Positions 57,394 through 64,000 of a DNA stretch of 64,000 nucleotides are shown here, piece after piece; the first letter of the stretch is position 1; the number at the start of each line of letters is the position of its first letter. The notes under the pieces are model-generated. The model searched no databases. It saw only the letters and a program-made list of their open reading frames with translations, and was not told where the DNA came from. The stretch covers positions 3,906,001-3,970,000 of the forward strand of contig OZ059900.1 of assembly GCA_964057225.1 (NCBI GenBank), read 5' to 3'. The position numbers and the translations under genes were made by a program. This DNA is from Auanema rhodensis. Taxonomy: Eukaryota > Animalia > Nematoda.

Positions 57394-59826
57394 AAATATG
57401 ATCAAAATTTACAAGTATTACAGATTTTGTACCAAAAATCGGTGAGTATATGGTGTTAGAGGCATAAAAACGACCATACTTAGTGTAGTAATGCTATTAG
57501 AGTGAAATTCAGTGATTTAAACATTATTAGTGTTCAATTAATGACTTTTGTTGTCATAGACAATAAAACTATGCTTTTGATCATATATATGAGCGATTTA
57601 GCCAAATTGGACTCAAAACTCGAAAAATTCAAAAATTCTTTCTATTTTCGACCTTTTTTGATCAAAATGAATAAATATCAGTGCAAACTCATAAAAATAG
57701 ACTGATTTTGTGTATTGTATGTTTGATTCTCAAATCGTAACAAATTTGATCAAAATTTACGAGTATCACAGAATTTGTTCCAAAAATCGGTGAGTATATG
57801 GTGTTAGAGGCATAAAAACGACCATATTTAGTGTAGTAATGCTATTAGAGTGAAATTCAGTGATTTAAACATTATTAGTGTATATTTGGAGACTTTCGTT
57901 ATCACAGACAATAAAACTATGCTTTTGATCATAGATATGAGCGATTTAGCCAAATTAGACTCAAAACTCGGAAATTTCAAAAATTCTTTCTATTTTCGAC
58001 CTTTTTTGATCAAAATGAATAAATATCAGTGCAAACTCGTAAAAATATACTGATTTTGTGTATTATGTGTTTGATTCTCGAATCTTAGCAAATATGATCA
58101 AAATTTACAAGTATTACAGATTGTGTACCAAAAATCGGTGAGTATATGGTGTTAGAGGCATAAAAACGACCATACTTAGTGTAGTAATGCTATTAGAGTG
58201 AAATTCAGTGATTTAAACATTATTAGTGTTTAATTAATGACTTTTGTTGTTATAGACAATAAAACTATGCTTTTGATCATATATATGAGCGATTTATACA
58301 AATTGGACTCAAAACTCGGAAAATTCAAAAATTCTGTCTATTTTCGACCTTTTTTGATCAAAATGAATAAATATCAGTGCAGACTCATGAAAATAAACTG
58401 ATTTTGTGTATTGTGTGTTTGATTCTCAAATCGTAACAAATATGATCAAAATTTACGAGTATCACAGAATTTGTACCAAAAATCGGTGAGTATATGGTGT
58501 TAAAGGCAAAAAACGACCATACTTAGTGTAGTAATGCTATTAGAGTGAAATTCAGTGATTTAAACATTATTAGTGTTTTCTTAATGACTTTTGTTGTCAT
58601 AGACAATAAAACTATGCTTTTGATCATATATATGAGCGATTTAGCCAAATTGGACTCAAAACTCGGAAAATTCAAAAATTCTTTCTATTTTCGACCTTTT
58701 TTGATCAAAATGAATAAATATCAGTGCAAACTCATAAAAATAGACTGATTTTGTGTATTGTGTGTTTGATTCTCAAATCGTAACAAATATGATCAAAATT
58801 TACGAGTATTACAGATTTTGTACCAAAAATCGGTGAGTATATGGTGTTAGAGGCATAAAAACGACCATACTTAGTGTAGTAATGCTATTAGAGTGAAATT
58901 CAGTGATTTAAACATTATTAGTGTTTTCTTAATGACTTTTGTTGTCATAGACAATAAAACTATGCTTTTGATCATATATATGAGCGATTTAGCCAAATTG
59001 GACTCAAAACTCGGAAAATTCAAAAATTCTGTCTATTTTCGACCTTTTTTGATCAAAATGAATAAATATTAGTGCAAACTCATAAAAATAGACTGATTTT
59101 GTGTATTGTATGTTTGATTCTCGAATCTTAACAAATATGATCAAAATTTACGAGTATCACAGAATTTGTACCAAAAATCGGTGAGTATATGGTGTTAAAG
59201 GTAAAAAACGACCATACTTAGTGTAGTAATGCTATTAGAGTGAAATTCAGTGATTTAAACATTATTAGTGTTTTCTTAATGACTTTTGTTGTTATAGACA
59301 ATAAAACTATGCTTTTGATCATATATATGAGCGATTTAGCCAAATTGGACTCAAAACTCGGAAAATTCAAAAATTCTGTCTATTTTCGACCTTTTTTGAT
59401 CAAAATGAATAAATATTAGTGCAAACTCATAAAATTAGACTGATTTTGTGTATTGTGTGTTTGATTCTCAAATCGTAACAAATATGATCAAAATTTACGA
59501 GTATCACAGAATTTGTACCAAAAATCGGTGAGTATATGGTGTTAAAGGTAAAAAACGACCATACTTAGTGTAGTAATGCTATTTGAGCGAAATTCAGTGA
59601 TTTAAACATCATTAGTGTTTAATCAGTGACTTTTGTTGTCATAGAAAATAAAACTATGCTTTTGATCATAGATATGAGCGATTTAGCCAAATTGGACTCA
59701 AAACTCGGAAAATTCAAAAATTCTTTCTATTTTCGACCTTTTTTGATCAAAATGAATAAATATCAGTGCAAACTTGTAAAAATAGACTTATTTCGTGTAT
59801 TATGTGTTTGATTCTCGAATCTTAGC
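57394..59826. repeat. 7-monomer mosaic block interrupting the 12-mer HOR
   Basis: It spans 2433 bp between markers 57193 and 59626. Its monomers combine variants that sit in different monomers of the regular 12-mer. Confidence 0.85.
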
Positions 59827-62800
59827 AAATATGATCAAAATTTACAAGTATTACAGATTTTGTACCAAAAATCGGTGAGTATATGGTGTTAGAGCCATAA
59901 AAACGACCATACTTAGTGTAGTAATGCTATTAGAGTGAAATTCAGTGATTTAAACATTATTAGTGTTTTCTTAATGACTTTTGTTATCATAGACAATAAA
60001 ACTATGCTTTTGATCATATATATGAGCGATTCAACCAGATAGGACTCAAAACTCGGAAATTTCAAAAATTCTTTCTATTTTCGACCTTTTTTGATCAAAA
60101 TGAATAAATATCAGCGCAGACTCATGAAAATAGACTGATTTTGTGTATTGTGTGTTTGATTCTCAAATCTTAACAAATATGATCAAAATTTACGAGTATC
60201 ACAGAATTTGTACCAGAAATCGGTGAGTATATGGTGTTAAAGGCAAAAAACGACCATACTTAGTGTAGTAATGCTATTTGAGCGAAATTCAGTGATTTAA
60301 ACTACATTAGTGTTTAATCAATGACTTTTGTTGTCATAGACAATAAAACTATGCTTTTGATCATATATATGAGCGATTCAGCCAGATAGGACTCAAAACT
60401 CGGAAAATTCAAAAATTCTTTCTATTTTCGACCTTTTTTGATCAAAATGAATAAATATCAGTGCAAACTCGTAAAAATATACTGATTTTGTGTATTATGT
60501 GTTTGATTCTCAAATCTTAGCAAATATGATCAAAATTTACAAGTATTACAGATTGTGTACCAAAAATCGGTGAGTATATGGTGTTAGAGGCATAAAAACG
60601 ACCATACTTAGTGTAGTAATGCTATTAGAGTGAAATTCAGTGATTTAAACATTATTAGTGTTTAATTAATGACTTTTGTTGTTATAGACAATAAAACTAT
60701 GCTTTTGATCATATATATGAGCGATTTATACAAATTGGACTCAAAACTCGGAAAATTCAAAAATTCTGTCTATTTTCGACCTTTTTTGATCAAAATGAAT
60801 AAATATTACTGCAAACTCATAAAAATAGACTGATTTTGTATATTGTGTGTTTGATTCTCAAATCGTAACAAATTTGATCAAAATTTACGAGTATCACAGA
60901 ATTTGTTCCAAAAATCGGTGAGTATATGGTGTTAGAGGCATAAAAACGACCATACTTAGTGTAGTAATGCTATTAGAGTGAAATTCAGTGATTTAAACAT
61001 TATTAGTGTATATTTGGAGACTTTCGTTATCACAGACAATAAAACTATGCTTTTGATCATAGATATGAGCGATTTAGCCAAATTGGACTCAAAACTCGGA
61101 AAATTCAAAAATTCTTTCTATTTTCGACCTTTTTTGATCAAAATGAATAAATATCAGTGCAGACTCATGAAAATAGACTGATTTTGTGTATTGTGTGTTT
61201 GATTCTCAAATCGTAACAAATATGATCAAAATTTACGAGTATCACAGAATTTGTACCAAAAATCGGTGAGTATATGGTGTTAAAGGCAAAAAACGACCAT
61301 ACTTAGTGTAGTAATGCTATTAGAGTGAAATTCAGTGATTTAAACATTATTAGTGTTTTCTTAATGACTTTTGTTGTCATAGACAATAAAACTATGCTTT
61401 TGATCATATATATGAGCGATTTAGCCAAATTGGACTCAAAACTCGGAAAATTCAAAAATTCTGTCTATTTTCGACCTTTTTTGATCAAAATGAATAAATA
61501 TCAGTGCAAACTTGTAAAAATAGACTTATTTCGTGTATTATGTGTTTGATTCTCGAATCTTAGCAAATATGATCAAAATTTACAAGTATTACAGATTTTG
61601 TACCAAAAATCGGTGAGTATATGGTGTTAGAGGCATAAAAACGACCATACTTAGTGTAGTAATGCTATTAGAGTGAAATTCAGTGATTTAAACATTATTA
61701 GTGTTCAATTAATGACTTTTGTTGTCATAGACAATAAAACTATGCTTTTGATCATATATATGAGCGATTTAGCCAAATTGGACTCAAAACTCGAAAAATT
61801 CAAAAATTCTTTCTATTTTCGACCTTTTTTGATCAAAATGAATAAATATCAGTGCAGACTCATGAAAATAAACTGATTTTGTGTATTGTGTGTTTGATTC
61901 TCAAATCGTAACAAATATGATCAAAATTTACGAGTATCACAGAATTTGTACCAAAAATCGGTGAGTATATGGTGTTAAAGGCAAAAAACGACCATACTTA
62001 GTGTAGTAATGCTATTAGAGTGAAATTCAGTGATTTAAACATTATTAGTGTTTTCTTAATGACTTTTGTTGTCATAGACAATAAAACTATGCTTTTGATC
62101 ATATATATGAGCGATTTAGCCAAATTGGACTCAAAACTCGGAAAATTCAAAAATTCTTTCTATTTTCGACCTTTTTTGATCAAAATGAATAAATATCAGT
62201 GCAAACTCATAAAAATAGACTGATTTTGTGTATTGTGTGTTTGATTCTCAAATCGTAACAAATATGATCAAAATTTACGAGTATTACAGATTTTGTACCA
62301 AAAATCGGTGAGTATATGGTGTTAGAGGCATAAAAACGACCATACTTAGTGTAGTAATGCTATTAGAGTGAAATTCAGTGATTTAAACATTATTAGTGTT
62401 TTCTTAATGACTTTTGTTGTCATAGACAATAAAACTATGCTTTTGATCATATATATGAGCGATTTAGCCAAATTGGACTCAAAACTCGGAAAATTCAAAA
62501 ATTCTGTCTATTTTCGACCTTTTTTGATCAAAATGAATAAATATTACTGCAAACTCATAAAAATAGACTGATTTTGTATATTGTGTGTTTGATTCTCAAA
62601 TCGTAACAAATTTGATCAAAATTTACGAGTATCACAGAATTTGTTCCAAAAATCGGTGAGTATATGGTGTTAGAGGCATAAAAACGACCATACTTAGTGT
62701 AGTAATGCTATTAGAGTGAAATTCAGTGATTTAAACATCATTAATGTTTAATTAATGACTTTTGTTGTCATAGACAATAAAACTATGCTTTTGATCATAT

Positions 62801-64000
62801 ATATGAGCGATTTAGCCAAATTGGACTCAAAACTCGGAAATTTCAAAAATGCTTTCTATTTTCGACCTTTTTTGATCAAAACGAATAAATATCAGTGCAG
62901 ACTCATGAAAATAGACTGATTTTGTGTATTGTGTGTTTGATTCTCAAATCGTAACAAATATGATCAAAATTTACGAGTATCACAGAATTTGTACCAAAAA
63001 TCGGTGAGTATATGGTGTTAAAGGCGAAAAACGACCATACTTAGTGTAGTAATGCTATTTGAGCGAAATTCAGTGATTTAAACATTATTAGTGTTTAATT
63101 AATGACTTTTGTTGTTATAGACAATAAAACTATGCTTTTGATCATATATATGAGCGATTTATACAAATTGGACTCAAAACTCGGAAAATTCAAAAATTCT
63201 GTCTATTATCGACCTTTTTTGATCAAAATGAATAAATATTAGTGCAAACTCATAAAAATAGACTGATTTTGTGTATTGTATGTTTGATTCTCGAATCTTA
63301 ACAAATATGATCAAAATTTACGAGTATCACAGAATTTGTACCAAAAATCGGTGAGTATATGGTGTTAAAGGCATAAAAATGACCATACTTAGTGTAGGAA
63401 TGCATTTTGAGCGAAATTCAGTGATTTAAACATCATTAGTGTTTATTTAATGACTTTTGTTGTTATAGACAATAAAACTATGCTTTTGATCATATATATG
63501 AGCGATTTAGCCAAATTGGACTCAAAACTCGGAAAATTCAAAAATTCTGTCTATTTTCGACCTTTTTTGATCAAAATGAATAAATATTAGTGCAAACTCA
63601 TAAAATTAGACTGATTTTGTGTATTGTGTGTTTGATTCTCAAATCGTAACAAATATGATCAAAATTTACGAGTATCACAGAATTTGTACCAAAAATCGGT
63701 GAGTATATGGTGTTAAAGGTAAAAAACGACCATACTTAGTGTAGTAATGCTATTTGAGCGAAATTCAGTGATTTAAACATCATTAGTGTTTAATCAGTGA
63801 CTTTTGTTGTCATAGAAAATAAAACTATGCTTTTGATCATAGATATGAGCGATTTAGCCAAATTGGACTCAAAACTCGGAAAATTCAAAAATTCTTTCTA
63901 TTTTCGACCTTTTTTGATCAAAATGAATAAATATCAGTGCAAACTTGTAAAAATAGACTTATTTCGTGTATTATGTGTTTGATTCTCAAATCTTAGCAAA

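Larger units (their letters stand above)
1..64000. repeat. Tandem satellite DNA array, 347-348 bp AT-rich monomer, about 184 head-to-tail copies, runs off both window ends
   Basis: The motif at 1 ((g/a)taaaaatagactgattttg) recurs at 349 and every 347-348 bp thereafter. Near-invariant blocks (aaatcggtga, actcaaaactcg, tcgaccttttttgatcaaaatgaataaatat) occur once per unit. ORF-track spacings are all multiples of about 347.5. No non-repeat sequence was seen. Confidence 0.99.
42100..64000. repeat. HOR domain C: 12-monomer HOR, period 4171 bp, arranged 12-12-8-12-7-12
   Basis: The marker cagtgacttttgttgtcatagaaaataaa gives ORF starts 46070, 50241, 53022, 57193, 59626 and 63797 (spacings 4171, 2781, 4171, 2433, 4171). 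Private variants include gtaccagaaat, aaatgctttc, caaaacgaat, ggcgaaaa, tattatcg and gtaggaatgcatttt. Confidence 0.94.

Noticed and set aside
3673-63982. About 55 near-identical 61-88 aa ORFs (MTFVVIDNKTMLLII...) resembling a tandem multigene or diversified peptide family
   Set aside because: They are one chance stop-poor frame of the satellite monomer. Most monomers carry stops or frameshifts there (tag, taa, tga, 1-bp indels), many starts are GTG/TTG, I recognise no domain, and length changes simply track satellite SNPs.
1-64000. CRISPR-like alternation of conserved and variable blocks
   Set aside because: The variable blocks are homologous alleles, not unique spacers. The period is 348 bp and there are no cas genes.

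Overview
The whole 64 kb window is one uninterrupted, head-to-tail, single-orientation tandem satellite array. It holds about 184 copies of an AT-rich 347-348 bp monomer (about 28% GC in the first monomer, counted by hand). I found no credible genes, RNA genes, transposon insertions or CRISPR. All listed ORFs are the same stop-free stretch of the monomer read repeatedly. The information lies in the higher-order repeat (HOR) structure, read from diagnostic variants. Four adjacent domains appear: a 6-mer (2084 bp, about 1-3720); a 22-mer (7645-7646 bp, three near-identical copies, about 3985-26960); an unstable domain with 2/5/6/9/6/8/9-monomer steps and a 15-mer (6+9) super-unit (about 26960-42100); and a 12-mer (4171 bp, about 42100-64000) with an 8-mer deletion derivative and a 7-mer mosaic block. 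Whole-monomer in-register deletions, short conversion-like patches and chimeric monomers are visible at near base resolution. The monomer is rich in short dyad symmetries around three TGATCA cores. The organisation resembles eukaryotic centromeric or pericentromeric satellite DNA, but I cannot name the organism or satellite family, and centromere function cannot be shown from sequence alone. Domain boundaries are approximate (tens of bp) and were traced by eye.
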